Part shown: positions 43,222 to 56,300 of the stretch, piece after piece
Numbering within the stretch: position 1 is the first letter of the stretch
Layout: every line of letters begins with the position of its first letter
DNA from: the human T2T-CHM13v2.0 reference genome, Homo sapiens
Direction: 5' to 3' (one strand)
NCBI RefSeq assembly: GCF_009914755.1
Contig: NC_060947.1
Length of the DNA: 64,000 nt
Program-made: the position numbers and the translations under genes
The notes under the pieces: generated by a model
What the model was told of the DNA's origin: nothing
The model's input: only the letters and a program-made list of their open reading frames with translations
Database searches by the model: none

Positions 43222-43415
43222 CAGTGGTTCTCAAATATTAGCATGTATCAGAATCAATAGAAGGGCTTATTAAAACACAGTTTGTTAGGCTTCACTCTTT
43301 GAGTTTCTGATTCAATAGATATGAAATCGGGTCTGAGAATTTGCATTTTTAACAATTCCTAGGTTACACTGATGCTGATCCTGTTGATACAGGAACAACT
43401 GTTTAAGAACTGCTA
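43222..43415 (-). mobile_element. MER5A (hAT-Charlie)
   Basis: TIRs cagtggttctcaaa / tttaagaactgcta; internal ctgagaatttgcatttttaacaa. Confidence 0.85.
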
Positions 43416-43569
43416 GTGTATTATGACTGTTAAAAGAAATAAAGTGACTGTAAATTTAGGCTGAAAAAGTAAAATTTGTGCACTAAAATAGGAAATGATA
43501 ACATAGCAGAAGTATTCTCAATTAATTCTAATAGCCATCTATGAGACACTATATTCTGTTTTAAGTGCC

Positions 43570-44015
43570 ACAACCAGGAGCATGACCAGAGAGAAAAATC
43601 ACTGATGGTGAAGAGACATTCAACTGTGCCATATAAGGAACTTATAAAGAAATAGGGCCGTGTGGTTCGGAGAATATACAACTTAGGTAAGACAAAATGG
43701 CACTGCTCTGTTCAAATCTCTAAAGGGCTATTATTTGCAAAATAGAGATTTACTTTGAGTAGCATCATGGAATAGAGCCAGAATCCATGGTAAGACATCC
43801 AAAGAGGCAGACTTCAGTCTGTAAAGCAGATACTTCAGAAGTAAGATATCACTAGCAACCGGAGCTATCCTGCGTTATGAGGTGCTGTTTCCCAAGGTGT
43901 TGAGCTGTTATCAGTTGAGATATTCAAGCACAGATTGAAAGAAATCCAACCATCATATGTGGAATTAGAAATAAATGGCCTCTGAGGCACCTTCAGGACT
44001 GAGAAATTCCATGAG
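43570..44015 (+). mobile_element. L3/CR1 3' fragment
   Basis: Translation QEHDQREKSLMVKRHSTVPYKELIKK*G aligns with the CR1 ORF2 motif LERVQRRATRMVRGLETMSYEERLKELG; CR1-like tail ccttcaggactgagaaattccatga. Confidence 0.7.
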
Positions 44016-45196
44016 CATATGAATATTGCTGTATTTAATTATATAGTCTGTTCAATATAAAAATACTGCATTTTGGGGAAAAAAAGACAAACCAGAGGAC
44101 GATGTAGCATACGAAGCCTGGTATCTCTAAATCATGGTTGAAAATATGAGGCTAGAGTAATTTAAGAAAAGGCTAGAATTGGTGAAATTTTACGCTAAAC
44201 GGAGGAAATGGTGGATTTAATAAGGAGTAGTGAGACGAAATTCAAACAGACTTCAGGGTGAGAAGAAAAGGTTCAGATAAAATTAATATAAAAAAGTACA
44301 CATAGATGTTAGACCAAATGCCGCCAAGAAAGCAAAATAGGTAAAAATTCACGCTTTCCATAGAAATTTACAATCCACAGAAAATACTTTATTTCTATTC
44401 TGACATCTAATATTAATTGCAGTTATGTGTGAGCCCAAGTTTTATGTGAATGATCTGGGAATTGATCATAGTTAAGGAAACTCATGAGGATTTTAGGTCA
44501 GATAAATGTCTGTGTCACGAGTGCTGAAGTAGTAAATCAGCCTGCGGGTGGAATAAAAGAATAAAAAGCTTGAAAAAGAAGGTGATTACTGTAAAAATAC
44601 TACTTTACTAATCAGGGGAATCAGGTCAGAGAGGATGACAAAAGTCGGGGGATACATCCTCCATAATGATGTCTTGGGCAAACGGTGATATTTGATATCA
44701 AGAGCCTCTTCCCATTCAATGATAAGCTCACTGGCCTCTTCCCATTCTTGGCCTTTTAATCCTCTGTGTCCTTCAGCTCTCCTGACTCTCCATGCTGAGC
44801 AAAAATTGTAATACCACACACGTTCATTTTGAATGAGGGAGTGCGAATGTGTTATAATACATTATACGCATATTTTACTTACAAGCTTTATACCCCCTGT
44901 TAACAAATTTTAATGTATCATGGGAAATGTGGAAACAATTTAGGGTGGACAGGGGTCTTACTCAGAGCCACTAAAATAACAGCCTACTCTCCACTTCTAA
45001 GAGCAACAGGGATCACACCAAAGCTTTGGAAGAATCTAATTGGAGCCAACTCCAACATAAATCACTTTAATCTGGAAAACAGCACATAGTGTATGCTAGT
45101 CCTTCTGGAATCAATTTTCAAAGCACGACATAGTTGCCATTTCTCAATGGCAAATGCTGTTATTACGATCATTAAATTAAGTGTCTGGATTCTGTT

Positions 45197-45262
45197 GGCT
45201 AGCTAGCTCAGCTGTGGAGAAGGTCACTGTGGTAAGATCAATATAGTGGGTTCAATTCCTAT
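45197..45262 (+). mobile_element. tRNA-derived SINE head (MamSINE1-like)
   Basis: ggctagctagctcagctg...gtgggttcaattcc with A-box-like and B-box motifs. Confidence 0.5.
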
Positions 45263-45352
45263 TTATAGCAATACAAGCCACAAACTGTTAGAGCTGAAAG
45301 GACTATTACAGACCAGCTAGGCCAGACCTTTGTTCTCTAGATGTTTAAAATT

Positions 45353-45400
45353 TGCACGCATACCCTAGAACTTTAAGTATAATTAAAAAAAAAAAAAAAA
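45353..45400 (+). mobile_element. Ultra-short L1PA 3'-terminal insertion
   Basis: tgcacgcataccctagaactttaagtataatt plus A16. Confidence 0.8.
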
Positions 45401-45429
45401 GTTCAGGTGCCTTGCTGGAGAGATGGCAC

Positions 45430-45542
45430 CGAAGGAGAGAATCCCAGCTAGTCCCAACTGTTCTGGCCATCTATGCTCAGGGGCCAGATGTGGGAGTGAA
45501 GAATAGCAGAACTACCTGGCTGAGCCTAGCCCAGATCACAAA

Positions 45543-45592
<50 letters not shown>

Positions 45593-45602
45593 GTTTAAAG
45601 CC
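45430..45602. mobile_element. MLT1-type LTR fragment with expanded (TAAA)n
   Basis: gaactacctggctgagcctagcccaga...aataaa...ttgtttaaagcc. Confidence 0.5.
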
Positions 45603-45629
45603 TATATATATATATATATATATATATAT
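45544..45629. repeat. (TAAA)n and (TA)n microsatellites
   Basis: Direct reading. Confidence 0.95.
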
Positions 45630-45756
45630 GCCTCATGATAGAAGGGAATTGCCAAATTCAAAGAATGAGTGAATAAAAAAGCTGGAATATGACCATCGCA
45701 TTGTACGAACCTTGTCACATGTTTCATCCTCAATCAAAATATACACGTCTGACCAG

Positions 45757-45868
45757 AGGGTGACTAATCAGCCTGGCTTGTCCTCAACTTTCTCAGTTTG
45801 AGCATTAAAATACCATGTTTTAGGAAAAGTGTCAGTTCCAAGGAAAGTGGAATTGTTGGACGTTCTAC
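45757..45868 (+). mobile_element. MER94-like hAT-Blackjack element
   Basis: agggtgactaatcagcctggcttgtcc...agtttgagcattaaaa...gttggacgttct. Confidence 0.55.
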
Positions 45869-46078
45869 CTGATTAGCTATTCCAAAAACATAGGTCTGTT
45901 GACCAAAGATGGTTGGCCTGGAATAGACAGTCACATGGAACACATGTCACAAAAGTCATTACTGGCACCAACTTCTACTAGATTAGGGGCTCTTAACATC
46001 CTCCTTCTAGTCCTCTTCCTCCCACTCTTCTTCTTCCTACTTAAAATACATACATTTAACAATTAAAATAATGATATA

Positions 46079-46390
46079 GGCCAGACACGGTGGTTCAACC
46101 CTGTAATCTCAACACTTTGGGAGGCCAAGATAGGAGGATGGCTTAAGCTCAGTAGTTTAAGACAAGCCTGGGAAACACAACGAGACTCCATCTCTACAAA
46201 AAATTTTAAAAATTGCGAAGCGTGATGGTGCACACCTGTGGTCCCAGCTACTCAGGAGGCTGAGGCAGGAGGATCACTTGGATTAAGTGAGCCCGGGAGA
46301 AAGAAGCTGCAGCGAGCCATGATCGCACCACAGCACTCCACCTTGGGTAACAGAGATCCTGTCTCATGATAATAATAACAATAATAATAA
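46079..46390 (+). mobile_element. AluJ with (TAA)n tail
   Basis: ggaggatggcttaagctcag, ctgtggtcccagc, gaggatcacttg, gagccatgatcgcacca. Confidence 0.9.
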
Positions 46391-46399
46391 TTCTAAACA

Positions 46400-46720
46400 A
46401 ATAAAGAGTTTATAGTATGTGCCTGGCATTGTTCAATACGTTGGGTGTTCAGCAGTGAACATGACAGAAGAAATTCCTGATATCATGAAGCTTACATTCT
46501 TGTTAAAGAGGCAGGCAAATAAAAATAAAAATTAAAACTAAAAAATTAAAAAGCCTCCAAAGTTAAACAAATAACTAAGTGAAATAGATAATCTGTCAGA
46601 TGGCAATGAGTGATAAGTATAAAAATCAATCAGAAAGTCAAGGAGAGAGTGACATTTGTGGGGATATTGACACTTTAGATAAGGTTGTCAGGTAAAGCCT
46701 CTCTGATAAGATGTGGCTTT
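46400..46720 (-). mobile_element. L2 3' fragment
   Basis: tatgtgcctggcattgttc...cagcagtgaacatgacag...catgaagcttacattct. Confidence 0.75.
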
Positions 46721-47819
46721 ATAATTTACCAAGTCCTTTCCAACATTAATTCAATTATACCAGCATTTTTAAAAGAGCAGTGAAATTAAATTACACCTAA
46801 GTTTATATCCCCATTTATTTTAGTAGAGTCCTTTGTTGCAAAGTACAATATTTTAATTTCTCCCTTGAGTTCCTATAGCTGCTATGTTAGTAGTGGCATT
46901 TGGTCTGTGGGGTCATTCAATAAAAGTTATCTTTTTGGGGAGTTCTTAAGATCCCCAAAAGCCATGGCAGATGCAATACAAATATTATCCAAAAAGGCCC
47001 TTTAAAAACATAATGCAAATTGTTTATGCTTCCAGATGTTGCAGAAAAATAAAAATTAAGCTCTACTGAATGATAATGCCTAGCAAAGTGCCTGAGGAAA
47101 CAGTATATATTCAATAAATATTTGCTGAATGAATGGATTTGTAGAAAATCAAAATCAAAGCCTTTTGTCTTGATTCAAATGTCACTTTCTCAGTAAGACC
47201 TGCATTACCTTTATATTTAGAACTGTAACTCCTCCCCAACATGACTTATCCTCCTTCTTTGCTACTTTGTACTTCATATCACTTATACCATTTTAACTCT
47301 TTTAAATATCATTTATTTTATTGTCTTTGTCCTCTCACTAAAAATGTAAGTTTCATGAAAGTGTAAATCTTTATGTTTTATTTACTGGCATATCAAATCC
47401 CCCAAATTATGCCTGTAAATTAGGTGCTCAAAAAAGAAAAATAAAACACTTGATATATAAGAGTCCATGGTTTTCTCTCAAATTCATGCCCTCTTCTCCA
47501 AATCAACTGCCAATACTTTAGCACTGTTACCTCACCATCTTTTATATGGACTACTACAATGCTCTCCTAATAGATTCCTCTCCCACTTCTCCAAAGGAAT
47601 TTCTACATAGCAGTCAAAATAACTCTTCTGAAATTAAAGATGTATGATGCTCTTCTGTGACTTATAATTCTTAGGGAAAATCCAAAATCCTTCTCTTAAT
47701 CTAGAAGACCTGACTTCAGATAGTTTCTACCTCTCTCTTTAGCCACACCTCCTTTCCTTTACGTATACAAATTTTAAACTTCATTATTTCTTATGACCTA
47801 AACCACCACCCTCAAGCAT

Positions 47820-48665
47820 AATGTGTACAGGACTTCTTCATAGTAAACGAGGACTCCATTCTTCCATTTTCTCTGGCCGTAAACCTTGGAAGCATCCTTT
47901 TTAATACTCCATATCAACTCTATCAACAAATCATGCTGGCTTACCTTCATAATATACCTCAAATCTAATCTCATCTCAACGCCTCCACCACGACCACTCT
48001 AGGTGATGTCACCACCATCATCTCTTGACTTAGTTACTATAATTGCTTTCGAACTGGCCTTCCGGCTTCCATTCTTGCCCTTCTAAAGTCTATTATTCAC
48101 AAGCAGTCAAGGTAACCTTTCATGATACAACTTAGACCTGCTCATCTCTTGCTCTCCACTCTCTAATGGCAGCTACCTTATTTACAATAAAACCCAACAT
48201 CCTCATCATGACCTATAGCCCCTCCATAGTGTGGCCCCTGTCTGGGTATCCAATATCACTGCATACTACTCTTTCTAACTGGGCTGCACTCACAGTGCAC
48301 TCCATATTTCCATATAACTTAGTGCTATTCCTGTCTCAGGACCACGAACTTGCTATTCCTTCCACATTGCTTCCCCTCTTACTTCACTTAAGTCTCAGCT
48401 GAAATGTCACCACATCAGGAACTCCTTTATAAAAAGGCCCTCCCTATTCTCTATCCTTTTGTCTTGCTTTATTTTTCTTCACGGTACTTCTCATCATTTA
48501 ACATTATAAGTTTATTCACTTACCTGTTTATTGTTCAGATTTCTCACGAAAATGCAAGCTGTATCAGGGTAGGGACTTTGCTTTGGTCACTGCTCTATAC
48601 CAAGAACCTGAAATAGTGTCCGGAACGTAACAAGCAACCAATAAATATTTGTCCAGTGAATGAAT
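47820..48665 (+). mobile_element. L2a fragment including 3' end
   Basis: Pyrimidine-rich L2 body ending agggactttgctttggtcactgc...caataaatatttgtccagtgaatgaatg. Confidence 0.8.
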
Positions 48666-48989
48666 GCTCTCAAATTTGCATATACTATTTTCTCACATTA
48701 AAATGCCTTTTATCACCTTTTGTGAAATATGAAAAGAATTTTTCAAGGCCCACCTCAATGTTACTTCTATTCAGTACTCTCTTCTCCATCCCATCACACC
48801 TCTTGAAAAATCAATCTATTCTTTCCCTAACTTGCCCTAGTATTTCATCCATATCTTCACAGCAGTAAATCCTCTGCATCGTACCATATTTTTTCTTCCT
48901 AAAACTGAGATAGTTACTCCCATCCCAGTCTGGTAGCCCCTTTAGGACAGAAGCTATGTAGATGTTTAAATAGTCCCCTACTTGCTATG

Positions 48990-49153
48990 CAGGACTGGTT
49001 ATGAAATTTGCAAGGTCTAGTGTAATATGGAAATGTAAAAATTTGAAGTGCCTTAGGACTCTCAAGATGGCAACAGCAGAACTTTGAACCAAGCACGGTC
49101 CCGTCCAAGCATGAGGTCCTGTGCAGTTGCACACTCCTAGGAAGCTGGCCCTG
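48990..49153 (-). mobile_element. MER45A (hAT-Tip100)
   Basis: TIRs caggactgg / gctggccctg; internal tcaagatggcaacagcaga. Confidence 0.75.
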
Positions 49154-50689
49154 CTCCTCTGATAATCAGATACCTGACCTTTCCCTTAATGTGCTATTCA
49201 CAATCCAGTGCCTCTCTGAAGCCTTCCCTGTCCCCCCTCTGCCACAGGCAGAGGTATCTGAGTCTTTTTCAATATATTTACAACCTCCAATTCTTACTTT
49301 TATGAATATTTTTCATATTATATTGCAATTTTCTGTCCATTAATTGCTGAACTCTACCAGACAGCAACTTTGACTGATTTATCATGCAGCCTGCACTTAG
49401 TACATACTAAATAAATGCTCTTTCATCAGGTAAGTCTCTATTGGAAAACCAAGCCTTTAATTATTATCCATACGAAAATAAGTTTTGCAGAATTGTATGC
49501 AAATAACTCAAAACAACTCCCCTAATATTGTTGAACCCAGGGTGCTTCATGGAAAGGACTATACTTTCCGAATAAAATATTTTCTTAATTTCCTTATCCC
49601 TGCATTCTAAAGATTATAATACCAAGCCTTTGAACTTTGTGGATTCCAGATGAACTGGATCTGTGCCATATGCACGTAGTTTGATAAATGTTAAAATGGC
49701 ACCAGCTAAAATATTGACATTTATCATTTGGGATGGGAATTGACAAGTAATTAGTAAAGAAAGCAAGTCAAGTCTATTGCCCGCTGATGTTTAATTCTGT
49801 TTTGACTCCGTTTGATACCCCTAGCACATTAACTTCTATTTCTTTCATATTCCTTTTAGCGTGTGTTCTGATTCTTGCTTTCTGTGTATCACAGAATGAA
49901 TCTTCTAGTCCCCTGTAGTCTCACTGTCTGGTTAAATAACTTCTACGAACATAATTGCATTATTTTCTTAAAGGCAAACAGATATTAAGCTTCAGAATTT
50001 AATTTGATAATTACAGTTTCAAGGAGGCGTAACAGTAATATCTTTTGCATAAACTGTCTTTAAAATGATGCTCCTCTATCGTAGTGTTCAAGGCATTTAG
50101 TTGTAAGCAGAACCACTATTATGAGTTGTTAGTTTACGCCAAAATGCAGTGAAAGGCCTGGTCTTCAGAGGACATTATTAATTTAAAATGCATTGTCCCA
50201 TTTAAATGCTACACAGGAGACTTGCTGAAACATGGGATATAATGAGACCCTTCTGCTGCTTCTGCTAACTCAACCTCCTTGTATAGGTCTAAGACTTCTG
50301 TTACCCTGGTTTTGTTAGTTTGAATATCCAGGGTCTAATGAGCTATTACAGTAGCTAGATTAATAATTCAAAAGTTATCTAAACAGTTCACTATGGCTTA
50401 AAAGAAAAAAAAAACGCTGGATAACAGACTGTTAAATTTGGACTGACCCATTCTATTTTAACTGTTCCCCAAGAAGTTCCCCAAAAACAAGGGTAAAAAA
50501 TCACCCTGAATTCACCTTGAAACAATAATAAAAAAAAAAGCAGACAAGGATTCTATACAAATTGAAAAAAATAAACATAGCAAAAGTCCGTAAAACGTAA
50601 CTGATATTAAATTTATGTTATCCTGCAAAGGGGAGGGGATGCACCAAGGCAGATTTAATCTGATGTCAGTTGAAGTTAAATTTGTTCAC

Positions 50690-51270
50690 CGTTTCTTGCA
50701 ACAAGAGTTACAGAGTACATTTACCCTTGTTTCACAAGCCTGGCCAGATTACTCCTCTGATCAAAGCACTCTAATGATCCCCGGTACCCTCAAGATAAGA
50801 CCCCAGCTCCTTAGGGTGGCAAGCACTGCTCTCCATGATCAGGTGCCTGAATGTCTTTGCCCTCACAATGCCACCCATACTCAGTTTCCAGTCACACCTG
50901 TGCTTTCCCACACAAGCCATCTCCTCTCTCGCCTCTCGCTTTTGTCCATGTTGTTCCAGGTTTTTAAAATTGAACATCCACTTTCTTGTTCTTTACCGAA
51001 AGAACTGACTCATCCTTTAAGTCTCTGCTCCAGTATTAGCCTTTTCTTTCCCTCCTACTTCTATCCAGGGCCCTGCTAACACCCATTTTCTGCACTAGCA
51101 CAGCCCCTCTTCCTAGAGATCACAATATTCATTAGACGATTATAATTGTTTGCGTGTATATCACCCTCATCAGGCTGTGAACTTCAGAAGGGCGAGACTG
51201 TCTATCTCACCTTTTTAATCTACAATGCTTGCTATATAGTAGGTGTTTAATAAATATTTGTTGAATGTGT
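50690..51270 (+). mobile_element. L2 fragment with 3' end
   Basis: ggctgtgaacttcagaagggcgagactgtc...tagtaggtgtttaataaatatttgttgaatg. Confidence 0.7.
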
Positions 51271-51549
51271 GGAGGAAGTAGAAATCACTTCTAACAGGGG
51301 CTGTTAAACAATGGAGTGAAATAACTCAGAAGGCAGTGGCTTCTTTATTACTGGGGGTTTCCAAACAGAGAATAATCTACTATCAGTCTGAGGTCTCCTC
51401 CTGCTCAGATCTGAAGCAAAGTAAATTTCTACAAAGCCAAAAAGAAGTAATTCCTTCACTTCAATTAAAACATCGTGATGGAATTCAAAGTGATGTACAA
51501 CTCTCATCTGATATGAATCTCCTGCTGTTGTCTAAATAACTCCACCTAC

Positions 51550-51700
51550 ATTATCTCATTTTGTCCACAGTGTTATGTGAGACCTATGTTGTCTCTGTCC
51601 TACAGATAAGGAAACTGAAGCCCAGCAAGGTAGTAGTAACAGAGCCAAGATTCGGATTTCGCTCTGTCGGACTCAGAGTTCAGGGATCCCTCCATTACAT
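51550..51700 (-). mobile_element. MIR
   Basis: tacagataaggaaactgaagcccag...cagagccaagattcg. Confidence 0.7.
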
Positions 51701-53029
51701 CCTATTTAAATGATCCCTTATAGTGCCAAGATTCCAAAGCAAGTTGCATGAACCTAATATATTAATAGAAGATCAGAGATACTTGGAAAGAAAGATTGCC
51801 TAAGGGAAAGTTTGCTAAGTGAGTCTCAATGTTTGTTACCTTCCCCTTGTCCTGCTTTCCACTAGCCCCTTTATGCTTTCCTCTTGCCCTAAGAATGATG
51901 CTGGACATTTTAAATAAGTGAAATGAAGTCATCCACTAATAAAACACAGATGATATTATTACTTTCACTATTGATTTGTACCAACATTTAAATAATCTAT
52001 TAAGCCTGCTTTGGAATTTGAGAGGTTGTTTCAGGAATCACTGAAAAATAAAACATTTAAAGGTCTGAATGGAAAATAGTAGTCTTGTTGGTTGAATCTG
52101 ACTGCATTTTGGGTTATCTTCATGGAGTTTTGGAGAGACTTCTTTAGGCAAAAGTATATCATAAATTATGTATGTTTGCATCAGAAATTAATGATCAGAA
52201 CTCTGAATACTGCAATGTTGAGAATTTCAACTCTCCAAGCAATATTTCATCTCACTCCAAAATATATGCAGAAAACAAGTTGATATTAAATTTTTCTTTT
52301 TTATCTCATGACATCGAAACACTACTCTGCTAATATTATTTTTAGAGGAAAGAGTCTTAATTATTATTTAACTTTTGCTTCAACATCAGCCATGAAAATA
52401 AATTATGAGGAGAATATAATAATACCCGTTGTTGATCCCTTTTCCGGTTTCACCTCTGTTTCCCTTTGGACAGAAAATGAAAGATAAAGCAATAATGAAG
52501 AAAACAGAACTGTGCTCATCTAGAGCATTTGGCTTTTTACATGACATGCATCACCTTCGTCAAAAATGATGACACTCAATGTCTTACTTGAAACATGTAT
52601 CCCAAACTTTAAACTTTATAACATCAACTTCTATATCCCTCACTAATAGCTATAAAATGGTTATTAATTTCTCTGGAAAGAGAATAATGTATATAAAGAG
52701 CATCTCACTCAATGGTGTATTGAATGACACAAATGTTACTTTAATGTTAAAACTTCTTTTTTTGCTTTTGCCTTTCCAAATTACACAAAACTATGCCGGA
52801 TGAAGGCGGTCTCGCTGCCACATTCATAGGAAAAACAAAATCAGAATATTTGTCTAGCTGAAATTGAGCAGCAAAGACTTCATGTTGGCATTTTACTTCC
52901 TAGGGAGTAGAACAGGCGCAGGGTGTGATAGAATCTCAGCTCCTTTGGCTAGAGGGCGTAGAGGAAGGAGTTTTAAGCCAGGATTATGTAGGACATGGCA
53001 GCAGGAGAGGTGTTAAAGCAGAATCTGTT

Positions 53030-53240
53030 TCTATTGATCTGAGCTGGCCAAAAAACAACAGCTGAAATGCTAGATGACCTTGCTCAAAGTAATTTAACTT
53101 CAAGCAGCCTCAGTTTTTCATGTATAAAATGGTATTATACTAATACCTACCTTAAATTGTTGTTATGGGGTTTAATGAGATGATATTATAAGCACTTAGC
53201 ATAATGCCACAGCATATCATGAATGTTTAGCAAATGCCAA
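53030..53240 (+). mobile_element. MIR
   Basis: tgaccttgctcaaagtaatttaac...gcctcagtttttcatgtataaaatgg...aagcacttagcataatgcc. Confidence 0.8.
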
Positions 53241-54009
53241 TTGGATGAAATGAAGACATGTGTAAGGACTAGGTACTGTGGAGCAGACTGAGAGAGCTGA
53301 GATGTGACAATCTAGTTTGGGAGACAGAAGGGCATATGCTGAAAACAAAAGCCAACCATATTATGTATTCCTTACCAAGTGCTTAAAGATGGGAAAAGCT
53401 GCAGGATGATCAAGGACCAACCAAAATAGATGGTACAATATGATAACCTAGGAAGACATTTGTCCTTATAAATATTAATAACAGCAGAGTGGAATGAGGA
53501 TGAAGCAGTACAGACGAATCAAAGAACTCTTCTAGACTAGGGATTTACTGGAAAATATCAAGGATTTCTTAGGTTTAGAATGCCCTAAAGACTAACTCTG
53601 TATTATAAATATATCCTGTACAAAGCAGTTCTGGTACATTTTACTATCCAAACATTCTACTTTTGACCCTAATTCTTGGGTTTCAAGTCAAGTCTGGGGA
53701 GTGGTTAACGTAGTTAAAACCTTTCCTCCAACCTTTTTGTTCACATAAGCTCAACCATGATAATGGCAGTAATTATCCACGTGCCCAAGCTTTTTAAAAT
53801 TTCAAGTTCTTTCTCAGATTATCTGTACACTTTCACCACAGCACCCTATGTTTAAAACATATCCCCCATTTTAGACATGCAGGAAATGAGAGAAGAAAAG
53901 TGACTTGCCCGAAGTCTCATATCCAGAAATTAGCAGATATGGAATCCACCTCTCTCTGCCACCAAAAATGAGTTAGGAGTCATATGGCTCTTATACCATA
54001 TTACCTTGT

Positions 54010-54200
54010 GACAATCCCTGGGCTTTTCTGTTTTCCCTATTATATTAGAACTTCCTAAAATGGAAGAGCTTGTCTGATTCATCTCTGTATATACAGTGAG
54101 TTTGGGTGTGCCTGGCACAGAAATGATGCTCAAGAAATGTTTACTGAATGCAATAAATGTTTAATAAATTAATGAAAAGTTGAACAAATGAAGGAATAAA
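54010..54200 (+). mobile_element. L2 3' end
   Basis: gtgcctggcacagaaatgatgctcaagaaatgtttactgaatg. Confidence 0.7.
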
Positions 54201-56300
54201 CAGACGAACAAACTTGGGTCTCCCAACTTTATAGATCATCTCTATATCTTAATAAATGAAAGCCAAACATAACATATAAAATTTATAACTTTTCTCTACA
54301 CTCCTTCCTTATTCTGACTTTCTCTCTCTTCTGGTCTCTGTTTCTCTCTCACACACACACAAACACACACACACGCACACACAAACACATCACACCCCAC
54401 TTTTTAAAGAACTTACGAAAAAAAGGACTGGTTGTATGGAAACTTTCATATGGGACATTGAAGTTTTATTGACTCTGAATATACCTTAAAAGGAATATTA
54501 AAAGTGAAGAGTATCAGACTCTACTAGCTATAAAAAAACAGAGATCAGATTCTGTGATAAATTTATATTCTCAGAAGCTATATTTTACAGACATACACTA
54601 AAGTTTACTTCTCAAAAGTCACTCATCAATTAATAACCTTCATAGTAGTAAAACACATGTATTCCATTCCAGGAAATGAGGCATGTCACTTGCATGGAAA
54701 TTGTAGGTATGGGATGCAATTAGCAAAGCATCTTTTTCTTCAAACTCTAATTGCATGTTTGGAGGTGCTTTGGGTGATAGATAGACCTTCCATGCAATAA
54801 ACAAGAAGCAAGTGTGATTAACCTTGTGCGCCGACCAGCAGACCAGAGAGAGGTTTACTAACCATTGCCAGTTTAGGAAGAGGTCCATCTCCTTTAGAAT
54901 TTCAGTATAATGACTGTGAAATATCAAATAATTGAGATTCAGGTGTTAGATTCCTGCAATTATTAATACAAATGAATAGGAAAAGCAGGTAAATATTAAT
55001 AAAAACAAAATGCAACAAAAATAGAAGGACAAGCTCAGCTTTCAGAAGCCAAAGGGAGCATGACAGCACCCACATTTGTGACCTCCACCTTGCTTATCAA
55101 AAAAGTGCTATGCAGTTTACCTTTTTTTACCCAAAATTACACTGATTCAATATTTCTTAAAATCTACAATTTCATCATGAAAAGATCCTGGGGTATTACA
55201 AAACAACAAGCAGTAGGATTCACAGTAAAATCCACATTTTTAACCAGGCAGAAACTACATTACATGTTTTACCCATTTAACCTTAGAAATAGTCACAAGA
55301 AATCCACTAAATTAAAGTCAATCCATTGAGTGTCATTGAGTGTTCATTGAGTGTCACCTCTGTCTTAGGCATGGTATCAACTATCTGTGTTATGTTACTT
55401 TTTAATGAATATGACACTAAAACCTGTTCGGAAAGTTTTTGCTCCTTTCCTCTCTCCTTGACCTCCATATCGAGACAGGAACAAACATATTCAAAATTGC
55501 CACAATTTAAAAAAACAGAATGAAATCATAATCTGAGTACGTCACTTCCAACAGAAAAGTGAAATTCACCAACTCACTCCCAGATAGCCGTAAAAACAAT
55601 TATTTAAAATAGGTTTCCTACATCTGCACTTCTTATAAATGAAAACAGCTCTTTAAGGTATTTTGCATGTGAAAGTTCAGGTATTATTATTGAGGTAATA
55701 ATAAATAAAAGGATAAGAAGACCGATTAAAGTGTAAATCACACCTAGAACAAAACATCTTCCAATTTTTAAATAATCTGTACTACTAATTTATACCAGTA
55801 CTCGCACTTGTAATTGAGAACCCAACGTAGTAACCTTTTGCATTTTAGCCACTCTCCTTCCTTCTTAGCAGTCTTGATTTACAGAACACCAGTCTTTTTT
55901 GTTTTTGCTACTTCTCTGTTCATTTCGAATTTTGTTATTTTGCAATTTCCTCAGCATTTGATCCTGAAATTATGGCATACCTCAGGACTTTCTTTTCCAC
56001 CCTGTTTTCATTATACCAGAGAAAGCTCATTAACTTCCATAGCTCTAACAGAAAACTCCCATTTATTTTTATCACAGATCATTCACCCAAACTCCTGTCT
56101 TACATTTGCAACCGCCTATCGGACTTCTACTCATAGGCATCCCACAGGCTTTAAACTCGATGTGTCCCAATTAAAACACAGTATCATACCCCATCTTAAT
56201 TTTCCCTTTTAAAACACCCTCTGTGTGATGGGCATGGCCATCTGATAAGGCAATCATTCTTCACTTGTTTCTCTCACCTCTCAAATCCAATCAGCTACCA

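Noticed and set aside
43566-43686. Exon-like block ttttaag|...|gtaaga
   Set aside because: It is decayed L3/CR1 ORF2 with stops in all three frames; exonisation is possible but unsupported.
45197-45262. Possible tRNA gene
   Set aside because: No acceptor or anticodon stem and no terminator; better explained as a SINE head.
55324-55356. Three copies of cattgagtgt
   Set aside because: Short tandem repeat without spacers; not CRISPR-like.
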